Shown: positions 7,626-16,287 of the stretch, piece after piece
Position numbering within the stretch: the first letter of the stretch is position 1
How the letters are laid out: each line of letters opens with the position of its first letter
DNA from: a virus
Lineage: Duplodnaviria > Caudoviricetes
DNA length: 41,051 nucleotides
Direction: 5' to 3' (one strand)
Virus record (IMG/VR): IMGVR_UViG_3300032303_002889
Location: 1-41,051 of that record
Notes under the pieces: generated by a model
Databases searched by the model: none
What the model was told of the DNA's origin: nothing
What the model saw: only the letters and a program-made list of their open reading frames with translations
Made by a program: the position numbers and the translations under genes

Positions 7626-8864
7626 ATGAAAGTTGCTATTATATTAGGACGTGGTACTGAGGGTTGTGGAGTAACCCAGTGCGCCATTCAAATGCAAAAA
7701 GCAATTGGCGCAGATATATACTCTGCAAATGATAAAAAATGGCCACGAGCCAAAGGCTTTGATTTTCCTGTAACTGAATTAAACCTTGGAAAGTCTTGGG
7801 AGCGGCTTGCTACTGAAGTTAATAAATATGACCTGTGTGTTGTTTATTCTATTCCGTCTATCACTCATCCAAAAGATTGCCAAGACAATTTTATTCATGC
7901 TCTTAAATCCATTACTATACGTAAAGCATTTATTAATGTTGATCATAAGGCGGCGTCTATTGCGCGCAATGCTAATTTGAAAGAAGTATGTGAATCAGTT
8001 GATATTATTATGACTCACTCTTTACAAAATGCATTTTGTGATACTATTATTAAGCTTGATGTAAAAACGCCTGTTGTAAAAATGGGTTTGGGTTTTGACT
8101 ATGATGCTCATAGAGCGCAATATTGGAAGTCAATTGAAGATCAACAGGCCAATGTTGTACGATGGATTGGAAGAACAGCCACCTGGAAAGGACCGGCTCC
8201 CATGATTGATTTTCATGAAGCATGTCTTATGAACAGTGGATTCATTACCATTCTTGAAGGCCTTGAAGCATCAATTAACTATCCGTCTGTTTTATATAGA
8301 GACAAAGAGCAGACAAATAGAAGAAAGGTTGTTAACTTTTTTAGACCAGAAAAACAGCACGGTGAAACCACAAAATTCACCCAAGATATGTATGGCAAAG
8401 AGATACTTGGTGTAGGAGCTTATTTGTATCCGCCTTATACCAATCAAGAGGGAATGGAAAGAATGTCACATTCTGCTTTTGGATCAGACTTATATTATCT
8501 TGATGCCAAAATGTATGGCAATAACATTGAAAATTGTCATGCTGAAATTGTAGCATGTGGTTCAGTTCCTATCTTTCATAAACATTTCTGCGATAATGTC
8601 ATTCATAAAGTACAAGGAGCTCCTATATCCAAATGTGTCAATAGCGGCACACTAGCACTGGATCACACTAACTTTGATATGGTAGTTGATACTATGATTA
8701 AGCTTAAAAACGATTCAGTCATGAGAAATGAATGGAGAGAGATGGCTTTTGAATTCTGGAAGCAACACTCAGACGGAAAAGAAGTTATTGCTGAAATTAT
8801 TAATTTGGCATTTAATAATGAAACACAACTTCAAGCACAGTCAAAACTTAAGGGGTTTTTTTAA
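7626..8864 (+). CDS. agt: DNA glycosyltransferase, T4 alpha-glucosyltransferase (AGT) family
   Basis: Collinear T4 AGT motifs: RG.EGCGVT, RWIGRT.TWKG, DFHE, EGLE.S, ERMS.S.FG, E..H.E..ACG..P.F.K. Confidence 0.9.
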   Translation: MKVAIILGRGTEGCGVTQCAIQMQKAIGADIYSANDKKWPRAKGFDFPVTELNLGKSWERLATEVNKYDLCVVYSIPSITHPKDCQDNFIHALKSITIRKAFINVDHKAASIARNANLKEVCESVDIIMTHSLQNAFCDTIIKLDVKTPVVKMGLGFDYDAHRAQYWKSIEDQQANVVRWIGRTATWKGPAPMIDFHEACLMNSGFITILEGLEASINYPSVLYRDKEQTNRRKVVNFFRPEKQHGETTKFTQDMYGKEILGVGAYLYPPYTNQEGMERMSHSAFGSDLYYLDAKMYGNNIENCHAEIVACGSVPIFHKHFCDNVIHKVQGAPISKCVNSGTLALDHTNFDMVVDTMIKLKNDSVMRNEWREMAFEFWKQHSDGKEVIAEIINLAFNNETQLQAQSKLKGFF

Positions 8865-9805
8865 TGAACATTTTTATTACTGGTATTTCTGGAATGATTG
8901 GTTTTCATGCTGCAAAGCAATTGACCAAAGAGGGACATACTGTAACTGGCGTAGATAATTTTAATGACTATTATGAAGTGTCGTTAAAGCGCGCTAGAGA
9001 AAAGATTCTTCTTGAAGAATTTAAAATACAGGTGGTTGATGCTGACATACAATCTGCCAATTATGATAAGCTATTACATAATGTGGATGCAGTGTTACAC
9101 CTGGCGGCATATGCCAATCCACGTCATTCACTAGAATATCCTCAGTTGTATATTGATACCAACATCACTGGTACTCAACGTCTTATTGAAGCATGTGAAA
9201 AGGCTAATATTTCAGATGTTATTTATGCGTCATCCTCTTGTGTGATGCATGGCCAAGATCTTCCATGGAATGAACATGATAAACCAGGACATCAGAACAA
9301 TCCTTATGGCTGGTCAAAAAGAGTTAATGAATGTCAGTTTGTTTATAGTAAAATTCCCAAGACAACCGGTCTCAGATTCTTTACAGTATACGGCCCATAT
9401 GGTCGTCCAGACATGGCTCTTTTCTTATTCACCAAAGGAATTATTGATGGCACACCTATTACGCTATTTAACTATGGCAATATGATTCGTGATTTTACTT
9501 ATGTAGATGATATTGTTCAAGGCATAAGTCTGGTAATAAATGAGTCTAAGAGTAAACAAAGTTTCCATGAAATATACAATATTGGATATGGTGACAAAGT
9601 TGACCTAATGGATTTTGTACACCACATAGAAAAGAATGTAGGAAAAAGTGGTGTGTATAATCTTCTTCCGCCTCATCCTGCTGACGTTCCTGCAACCTGG
9701 TCAGATATTTCCAAACTTCAAACTCTTGGATACAATCCCACAACACCTATTAGTCTAGGAGTTGAAAAGTTTGTTGAATGGTATAGAAGTTACTATAATG
9801 TCTAA
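8864..9805 (+). CDS. NAD-dependent epimerase, UDP-glucuronate 4-epimerase-like
   Basis: GISGMIG, DNFNDYY...LK..R, HLAA, YASSS, YGWSK, LRFFTVYGPYGRPDMA, RDFTYVDDIV. Confidence 0.88.
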   Translation: MNIFITGISGMIGFHAAKQLTKEGHTVTGVDNFNDYYEVSLKRAREKILLEEFKIQVVDADIQSANYDKLLHNVDAVLHLAAYANPRHSLEYPQLYIDTNITGTQRLIEACEKANISDVIYASSSCVMHGQDLPWNEHDKPGHQNNPYGWSKRVNECQFVYSKIPKTTGLRFFTVYGPYGRPDMALFLFTKGIIDGTPITLFNYGNMIRDFTYVDDIVQGISLVINESKSKQSFHEIYNIGYGDKVDLMDFVHHIEKNVGKSGVYNLLPPHPADVPATWSDISKLQTLGYNPTTPISLGVEKFVEWYRSYYNV

Positions 9806-10658
9806 AAAGTTATCATTAGGTATAATAGGTCATGGCTTTGTTGGAAAAGCTGTGGAATTTGGTTTTGATACAGAAAATGTTGAGAAGTTTATTGTTGATC
9901 CGCTACATAATACCACAATTGATGATATGTTTAATCATTTCATTCCAGACATTGTGTTTATTGCTGTTCCTACTCCAATGGGAGAAGACGGATCTATAAA
10001 TTCCAGTATTATTGAATCTGTTTTTCATGGCCTTGCCAAACAAAAAAAGAAAACAATTGCAGTAGTTAAATCCACTGTAACGCCGAATGTTATCACTGGT
10101 CTTGAAAAGATTTATGATAGAGTGGTGTATAATCCAGAATTTCTTACTGAAAGAAATGCCAATGAAGACTTTATACACTCAGATTTTCTTATTTTGGGTG
10201 GAAAAATAGTAAGCGATCTGGTTAAAGTAAAGAACATATATGAAGATTACTCTAAATGTGATTCTTTTGAGGTATATTACACTGATCTTGAAGCAGCGTC
10301 CATGGTAAAATACACTATGAATTGCTTTATGGCAGCAAAAGTTCTATTCTTTAATCAAATACATTCAATATACCGTGCTTCGGGCTCTTTAACCCCATGG
10401 GATCAATTTGTTGATATCATAAAAGCAGACAAAAGAATGGGAACCACTCATATGGATGTTCCAGGACCAGACGGTAGATTTGGATATGGAGGAGCTTGTT
10501 TTCCAAAAGATACCGCTGCACTTGTTAGATACGCATCAAATATAAACAATCCTTTTACTGCATTAGAAGAGGTTATTCAGGCCAATCAACGTATACGAAA
10601 TCAATATACAGAATTAAGTGATAGAGAAAAAGAACAAAATGTTAAGTTTGATATTTAA
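9798..10658 (+). CDS. ugd: UDP-glucose/GDP-mannose 6-dehydrogenase family, short form lacking the C-terminal domain
   Basis: GHGFVG, IAVPTP, KSTV.P, NPEFL.E, KY..N.F.A.K, GYGGACFPKD with catalytic Cys; start set at ATG 9798. Confidence 0.88.
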   Translation: MSKKLSLGIIGHGFVGKAVEFGFDTENVEKFIVDPLHNTTIDDMFNHFIPDIVFIAVPTPMGEDGSINSSIIESVFHGLAKQKKKTIAVVKSTVTPNVITGLEKIYDRVVYNPEFLTERNANEDFIHSDFLILGGKIVSDLVKVKNIYEDYSKCDSFEVYYTDLEAASMVKYTMNCFMAAKVLFFNQIHSIYRASGSLTPWDQFVDIIKADKRMGTTHMDVPGPDGRFGYGGACFPKDTAALVRYASNINNPFTALEEVIQANQRIRNQYTELSDREKEQNVKFDI

Positions 10659-10666
10659 GGATATAT

Positions 10667-11860
10667 ATGTCATATACACACGGTAATATTATACCCCTAA
10701 TCGGTGGATTGGCTGAAGCTCAGCGCCAAGCATTTGGCGCAGAACCAACTTGGAATGCGTCCTATTCGGCTTTTCAAAACAATGATCAATGGACTAAAAA
10801 GAATTTTACTAAAACTCCTTTTTATGATTTGGATGTTGATGATAAGTCCAATATAAATCATGTTAATGTTGTAGGATCTGTGTGTCCTTGCGCAGGCCTA
10901 TCTCAATTATCCATAAAAGCTGGCTTTGATAATACAGCTAACGATTGGATGTACAGATCAACAGAAGATGTTCTTAAACATTCTCAACCGGATGTTTTAT
11001 GGGGAGAGAATGCGCCTGCTTTGTCAACTAGACTAGGTGAATCAGTAAGAGAAAAACTATATGCTATTGGTAAAGAGAGCGGATATACCCTATCTTTGCT
11101 TAAAACTGCATCCATGCATCATGGTGTTCCACAAGTAAGAAATAGATCATTCTTTTTCTTTTGGAAAGGAGATCAGGTGCCAGTGCTAGAGTTTGTTAAA
11201 GAAAAGAGTGTTAGTCTTAAGGATCATCTCGCTTCTTTTCCAGCAGTTCAAGATGAGCCACTAAGAAAAGATATTCCAAGCAGTCTTCCTCTTTATAGGT
11301 TTATTTTACAAAAATATGGAAAAACACATGCAGAATTTGTTGAATCATTAACCAAGTATGCAGATATTCTTACCTATTTAAAAGATAATAATTTGATTGA
11401 TGAAGCGCTAAAATTCCTAGGTGAAGAGGATTCCAAGGAAAAGCGTATGCTTATGAGAATAAAGAACAAGATTTCGCAAAACATGAACTTTAGAGGTGGA
11501 TATATGGTATTTACCCCTAATAATAAGCCTACTGCAGCGTTTGTGGGGTCTGTGCCCATGGATTTGGTACATCCAACTGAAGATAGATTTTTAACTCTAA
11601 CCGAAATGAAAAGAATAATGACTCTTCCTGATAGTTATATTTTTGATCCAGGCAAGTCACTTAAGAATCTAAATCACTTGTGTCAAAATGTTCCAACAAA
11701 AACAGCACTTGAGGCTGCCAAGCAAGTCATTAAACACTTGGATGGAAAGTTAACCACCATCAGACCATCAGGAATCTATATACAGAGCTTTAATGATGAT
11801 GCAGAACTAGTTAAAAAGTCCTTTTCAGGATTTGATTTTACTAGGAGGAATGCGGTATGA
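10667..11860 (+). CDS. Divergent DNA cytosine-C5 methyltransferase
   Basis: Motif IV PC (CPCAGLS), VI ENA, VIII GVPQ.R.R, IX R.LT..E..R....P..Y, X QNVP; motif I is IIPLIGG rather than FxGxGG. Confidence 0.85.
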   Translation: MSYTHGNIIPLIGGLAEAQRQAFGAEPTWNASYSAFQNNDQWTKKNFTKTPFYDLDVDDKSNINHVNVVGSVCPCAGLSQLSIKAGFDNTANDWMYRSTEDVLKHSQPDVLWGENAPALSTRLGESVREKLYAIGKESGYTLSLLKTASMHHGVPQVRNRSFFFFWKGDQVPVLEFVKEKSVSLKDHLASFPAVQDEPLRKDIPSSLPLYRFILQKYGKTHAEFVESLTKYADILTYLKDNNLIDEALKFLGEEDSKEKRMLMRIKNKISQNMNFRGGYMVFTPNNKPTAAFVGSVPMDLVHPTEDRFLTLTEMKRIMTLPDSYIFDPGKSLKNLNHLCQNVPTKTALEAAKQVIKHLDGKLTTIRPSGIYIQSFNDDAELVKKSFSGFDFTRRNAV

Positions 11861-12039
11861 TAACTATTACTGTTGCTGAATTAGAAAAGGATTTTGATGA
11901 TATTATGGATGATGTAATTGAGAATGGAACACATTATATCATCACTGATAATGATGGAAAAAAGTCTTCTGTTTTAATGCCTTATGACAAAAAAATATCT
12001 GATTTCTTTAGTGAAGATGATAATGAGGAAGATGAATAA
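11857..12039 (+). CDS. Phd/YefM-like antitoxin-domain protein (orphan)
   Basis: ITVAEL..DFD.IMD.V...G..YIIT.......VLMP pattern, acidic tail. Confidence 0.7.
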   Translation: MITITVAELEKDFDDIMDDVIENGTHYIITDNDGKKSSVLMPYDKKISDFFSEDDNEEDE

Positions 12040-12053
12040 ATAGGATATATAAG

Positions 12054-12287
12054 ATGATAAGTCACCAGCAAATATTAGATATGACCAAAGAAGATGTAAT
12101 AAAAATTACCACTTTTGAAGAAGAAGAATCATCTATTGAAGTAAATATGAAAGAAGAGCTTCTAAAAACCTATGAGGATCATGCAAAGAAAATTGGTGTT
12201 GAAACTGAAAAACTTCTCTCTGCAATAGTTATTCTTTATTGCAGAGAGCTTCTTGAAAAAGATGAAGAAATTCCAATTACTAATTAA
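12054..12287 (+). CDS. Small acidic protein, possible ribbon-helix-helix
   Basis: SIEVNM.EEL...Y...AKK.G.....LL..IV fits a beta-helix-G-helix pattern. Confidence 0.6.
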   Translation: MISHQQILDMTKEDVIKITTFEEEESSIEVNMKEELLKTYEDHAKKIGVETEKLLSAIVILYCRELLEKDEEIPITN

Positions 12288-12340
12288 ATAGATGAGATCA
12301 AAACGACCGATTCTAAAAAGTTATTTTTTAACATTTGAAG

Positions 12341-12465
12341 AAGAAGCCAAGTATGTTCCTGTCTGCCCGTCCTTAGTTAGGTGATGTCGATTGCAATCGT
12401 CACCTGAACCGGACAGGTGACAGACATTAGATAGGTGCTATTCCTATTAACGGGCTTCTTTTTCT
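12341..12465 (+). ncRNA. Candidate structured RNA or complex bidirectional terminator
   Basis: GC-enriched island with multiple nested and mutually exclusive helices, downstream of ACTAATTA (12279), ending in a T run. Confidence 0.5.
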
Positions 12466-12471
12466 TTCTAT

Positions 12472-12651
12472 TTACAAGCCAGATGCTGTTATTTTGGGAT
12501 TTTGTATTACAAAGTCATTAATAGACTGGTTAATTAACAATTCACTTTCATCAAGCTTTCCACAGGTACAAATTCCACCGCAAGTACAAAACTCTTGATA
12601 CAGATCAGCACCACCACAATTACAATTTCCACCGTTACCACAATCACACAT
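12472..12651 (-). CDS. Metallothionein-like Cys/Gly-rich protein, 59 aa (not in ORF track)
   Basis: MCDCGNGGNCNCGGADLYQEFCTCGGICTCGK...: four CxC motifs; SD AGGAGG; 9 nt after the glutaredoxin stop. Confidence 0.75.
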   Translation of the reverse strand: MCDCGNGGNCNCGGADLYQEFCTCGGICTCGKLDESELLINQSINDFVIQNPKITASGL

Positions 12652-12660
12652 AATATCCTC

Positions 12661-12903
12661 CTATAAATCTAGTACTTCATCAAGCTTGGGCTTTGTGAAC
12701 CCAATCATATGAACCTCGCCATCAATATTAATCTGAGGTACTGAGGCTACTCCACCGCTTAATTCCATCATTTTGTCATAAGCGGCTTGATCTTTTTCAA
12801 CATCAAGCTTAGTGTAAGGAATACCCTTGGATTCTAAATATTTTGTTAAATACTTGCATGGCTGGCACCATTCTGTGCTATAGATAGTTATTACTTTGTT
12901 CAT
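12661..12903 (-). CDS. Glutaredoxin (NrdH-like)
   Basis: WCQPC active site, SVPQI cis-Pro motif, IGF; ATGA overlap with the nrdJ stop fixes the start at 12903. Confidence 0.93.
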   Translation of the reverse strand: MNKVITIYSTEWCQPCKYLTKYLESKGIPYTKLDVEKDQAAYDKMMELSGGVASVPQINIDGEVHMIGFTKPKLDEVLDL

Positions 12904-14804
12904 ATTACCACACATCCCTCTGCACCTGAACATGCAGCTTCACCTTGAAGATCTGTATTGTCAGATTCTTCAATAATCTCACTTAAATCTACTGAATGTA
13001 AATCACTCACTAGTTCTTCATATCGCTCTTTAGTGATATCCTCAAAAGGGGCCTGTATATAACTTCCTCCATCGTAAGGCAACACGGATATACCTGAATA
13101 ATAATCTTTATTTTCCCACATCCATGCTCCAACTGTGCTCCATTCATCAGGCTTAATTGAAATGGTACAACTTACGTTATGAGTATTTTTTCCCTTATTA
13201 TGACCAGGTTTAATCCAATTCTTATGTAAAGATTTAACTCGCTCAAGAGTAGAAATAGGGCTTTCTGTCCGTAATGTTGCTCCAACTGGAGCTTTTTGAG
13301 GCACACCGATTACTGCAGTGGTGGTTGGATTAAAATGTTCATTCTCAACTAGCTCAGGATGAAAAATTGATAGATACTGATAGATGGCTTCATTCTTACC
13401 TACTCGAATTCTACGTAGGTAATAATCATTATGCCAGGCATGAACACCACTTGAGGTTCCAAGTACGCAACTTGAAGTTCCACTAGGTTTGGTTGTGGTA
13501 ACACGCGCAGCAGGGTTAATCCCTATGATAGCAGCAACTCGCTTATTTTCTTCAACAGCGGCTTTAGCTCCAGCTTTAAGATCCAGATTCATAACCACAC
13601 CGGATGCAATGCCAGTCATGGATACTCCAAGTAGCGCGTCTTTTTCTTGATTCTTTCTCCAAATAGGACGAAGATAATGAAACTCAGTGTATCCAGCTTG
13701 CAGTGTTCCAATAAATGCAGCAGCGCGTGTCCTTTCTTCAAAGTCCGCCTGGTCAAGAATATCTCCAGCATTGATTTCACAAAGATTGCAAAATTGATTT
13801 GAACGCAACGAAATTTCGGCGCAAGGATTGACACCTAATTCAGAATCATTGGTTAGAAATATTCCAGGTTCACCTGAACCACTATCCTCAATCTTTTTCC
13901 AGATCTTAAAGAAATCAGCCTCTTGTAGTTTATCACGTACAAGCACAACTGAGTTATTGGCTCTTCCACGTTGTGGATTGCTTTCCCACCAGTTGCCAGT
14001 TTTACAGGTAAGCATGGCTTCGTCTTCAAAACTAAACAGCGAAATAAGTGCTGCTCGGCGAATACCACCTGCAAGAACAGCGTCAGCAAGATGACAAATA
14101 ATATCATGTACTTCAATAGGACGAAGCTTGGTTCCACGACCACGAGTTTGAACTGCAGCTTCTAGTATATTGGTTACCTGAGTAATACATTCACGAAGAG
14201 GACCAGGTCCTGGAGCTTTTCCACCAGAGGTCATAAGCTGTTCGCCTTTTGCTCTTACATCTCTATAATCAAACTCCAGTGGCTTCTTTCCTTTAAACCA
14301 AGCTTCAATCAAAACCTTAACAGCATCAGCCCAACCTTCAATAGAATCTCCTACCAGATAGCGACGAGCTCTCTCATTTCCTTCAAGACGCTCAGGTCCT
14401 AATAGCGGAGGAAGTTGATCAACATGATCTTTTTGAACAGAAACACCAACTCCAGTGCCCGATAATAGCAAAAAAATAGTTTCACTAAATGCATCAATAT
14501 GATTGACATGGAGAAAGGAACAATTGTATAGACGTGAAGGATTAACTTCTATAGGTTTACCCGCAAATTGTAATGATCTCATTGACGGCAATACTTTCTT
14601 TGTAAGCACAAAGTCAGCATATACTTTTTCAATATCATTGTGTAAATTTGGATATTTTCTTTGATGCATTTCCTTGTTTCTAGTAACAAGTTCTGTCCAG
14701 GTTTCTCGCCTCTTCTTCTCTGGAACATATTTAGCATATTTCATATGTGTTGTAATTTCGGATAAAATGTCTGAAGATAACTTTCCGCTATCAATTGACG
14801 TCAT
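12900..14804 (-). CDS. nrdJ: Class II (adenosylcobalamin-dependent) ribonucleotide reductase
   Basis: YNC, GG.A.GP.PL, AGGIRRAALISL, NPCAEI.L..QFCNL.E, KPSGT and a C-terminal Cys pair; no beta subunit gene adjacent. Confidence 0.92.
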   Translation of the reverse strand: MTSIDSGKLSSDILSEITTHMKYAKYVPEKKRRETWTELVTRNKEMHQRKYPNLHNDIEKVYADFVLTKKVLPSMRSLQFAGKPIEVNPSRLYNCSFLHVNHIDAFSETIFLLLSGTGVGVSVQKDHVDQLPPLLGPERLEGNERARRYLVGDSIEGWADAVKVLIEAWFKGKKPLEFDYRDVRAKGEQLMTSGGKAPGPGPLRECITQVTNILEAAVQTRGRGTKLRPIEVHDIICHLADAVLAGGIRRAALISLFSFEDEAMLTCKTGNWWESNPQRGRANNSVVLVRDKLQEADFFKIWKKIEDSGSGEPGIFLTNDSELGVNPCAEISLRSNQFCNLCEINAGDILDQADFEERTRAAAFIGTLQAGYTEFHYLRPIWRKNQEKDALLGVSMTGIASGVVMNLDLKAGAKAAVEENKRVAAIIGINPAARVTTTKPSGTSSCVLGTSSGVHAWHNDYYLRRIRVGKNEAIYQYLSIFHPELVENEHFNPTTTAVIGVPQKAPVGATLRTESPISTLERVKSLHKNWIKPGHNKGKNTHNVSCTISIKPDEWSTVGAWMWENKDYYSGISVLPYDGGSYIQAPFEDITKERYEELVSDLHSVDLSEIIEESDNTDLQGEAACSGAEGCVVI

Positions 14805-14874
14805 AAATTCTCCTGTATGTTAATGGTTAGGAAATAATTAGTACTTCCAACACATATCTCTTTTCTATTAAAGG

Positions 14875-14911
14875 AGTAATAGCAGGAGTATAAGCTACTC
14901 CTGCTATTACT
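14875..14911. terminator. Perfect 16-bp inverted repeat downstream of the SSB-like gene
   Basis: AGTAATAGCAGGAGTA-TAAGC-TACTCCTGCTATTACT. Confidence 0.7.
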
Positions 14912-14931
14912 AATAATTAATTATTTGTAAT

Positions 14932-16209
14932 CTAGAAAACTAGACCACAGCTAGGACAATGACCAAAAGACTCAGGACTTCCTACGCCACATTGTTGACA
15001 CTTAAGAATTTCGTCAGCAGTGCTATAAGAAACAACCACCTGGCCCTTTTCAGTTTTTACTGCAGTGATGAGTTGGCGCTCTTCTTCATTAAGAACATCC
15101 CAACCCTTAAGAAGATTGGTGTCTATTCCTGAAGACGCTGCAGCTTTCTTTTCACGAGTCTTAGGCGCTTCTACCACCTTAGGAGCTTCAACCACATCAT
15201 TCATAGGATTCCATGAGGTATCTCCGCTATCTGGTGTAACTACACCGCTATCTTCACGACCAGCAGCAAGTTCCCGCTCCTCAGCTTCTTTTTCAACTGC
15301 CTCTTTAAACATTTTGTCAAACTTGGTTCCAAGACGTGCATCAATCTTTTGAATACCAATCTTAAGATGATTATAGATCTTGGTCATATTTGTATATTTA
15401 AACAGCTTTTCAAAGTCATATACTTCCCAGCCCAACTCTTCTTGAGTTAGCCAAGCTTCTTCTGAGACCAGTGCCTGAAGATCTTCAGGAATTTCATCTT
15501 TATACTTGCTGGCATTAATAATGCGATAAGGAGTTTCCTTAAGACCAGTTTTGGTAATACCAAGATCATACTTTCTCCAGTCTTTGTAGAACTTAAATAC
15601 ACCAGTTGCTAGAAGATTTGAGAAGCCAAAAGCTGGTACGCCTTCATCAGCGTAAACTTTTCCATCATTGGTTTCATTAACTGATTTGGAAAGAGCAAGC
15701 GTATGCTTGGTCTTGCGATGCCAATCCATCTTCTCACGATCAATAACATTCATTAAGAACTTGGTCTTGCCCATCCAACCTGTGTCAAACATGGCCTTCT
15801 TATCCATTTCAGATAATCCGTTCTTGTTAACCATACGAAATAGTTCAGGATTTCTATCTTCATGAATAAACACTTTCTTCTTGTTAATATATGTGGTCTC
15901 ATTAACAGCAGCAATTACTCTCCAGAGTAAATGATCTGGATCATTTGCCTTTTCAGGCAGAATAGTGCGGAACTTCTTTCCATCATCACCAATAATCCAG
16001 GATATACGGCGAGTTACTGCTGTTCCCTTATCCTCTTTGCTGTCTGGTGCTCCACCAACAGCACGTATAATCTTTGGTACGTTAGGATTTAAACCTGTCC
16101 AATGCATTTCTTCAAACTGATATGTTGAAGTTGGGCCCTTTTGGCGTTCCTTAGCCTCGGTCTCTGCCTGCTTTGCAAATGCAGCAAAAGCATCATCTGA
16201 TGTTGCCAT
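14932..16209 (-). CDS. Putative single-stranded DNA-binding protein (gp32-like) with C-terminal Zn ribbon
   Basis: 425 aa in the replication region, FLMNVIDR..., YDL.I.K.G...Y pattern, C-terminal CQQC...CPSC; the function call is tentative. Confidence 0.55.
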   Translation of the reverse strand: MATSDDAFAAFAKQAETEAKERQKGPTSTYQFEEMHWTGLNPNVPKIIRAVGGAPDSKEDKGTAVTRRISWIIGDDGKKFRTILPEKANDPDHLLWRVIAAVNETTYINKKKVFIHEDRNPELFRMVNKNGLSEMDKKAMFDTGWMGKTKFLMNVIDREKMDWHRKTKHTLALSKSVNETNDGKVYADEGVPAFGFSNLLATGVFKFYKDWRKYDLGITKTGLKETPYRIINASKYKDEIPEDLQALVSEEAWLTQEELGWEVYDFEKLFKYTNMTKIYNHLKIGIQKIDARLGTKFDKMFKEAVEKEAEERELAAGREDSGVVTPDSGDTSWNPMNDVVEAPKVVEAPKTREKKAAASSGIDTNLLKGWDVLNEEERQLITAVKTEKGQVVVSYSTADEILKCQQCGVGSPESFGHCPSCGLVF

Positions 16210-16287
16210 ATATATATTCCTTTTTGTGGACTTGCCACTGTTTATTTGTAGCTGAGCTACTCTTTTAATATAACCACAACGGGTTAC

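Noticed and set aside
8864-10658. Host LPS/capsule island or bacterial contamination
   Set aside because: Both genes are translationally coupled between a DNA-specific AGT homolog and a DNA MTase, under a phage-type promoter.
12341-12465. SRP RNA, tmRNA or tRNA identity for the structured element
   Set aside because: No SRP domain IV GGAA-loop motif and no T-arm/acceptor ends on either strand.
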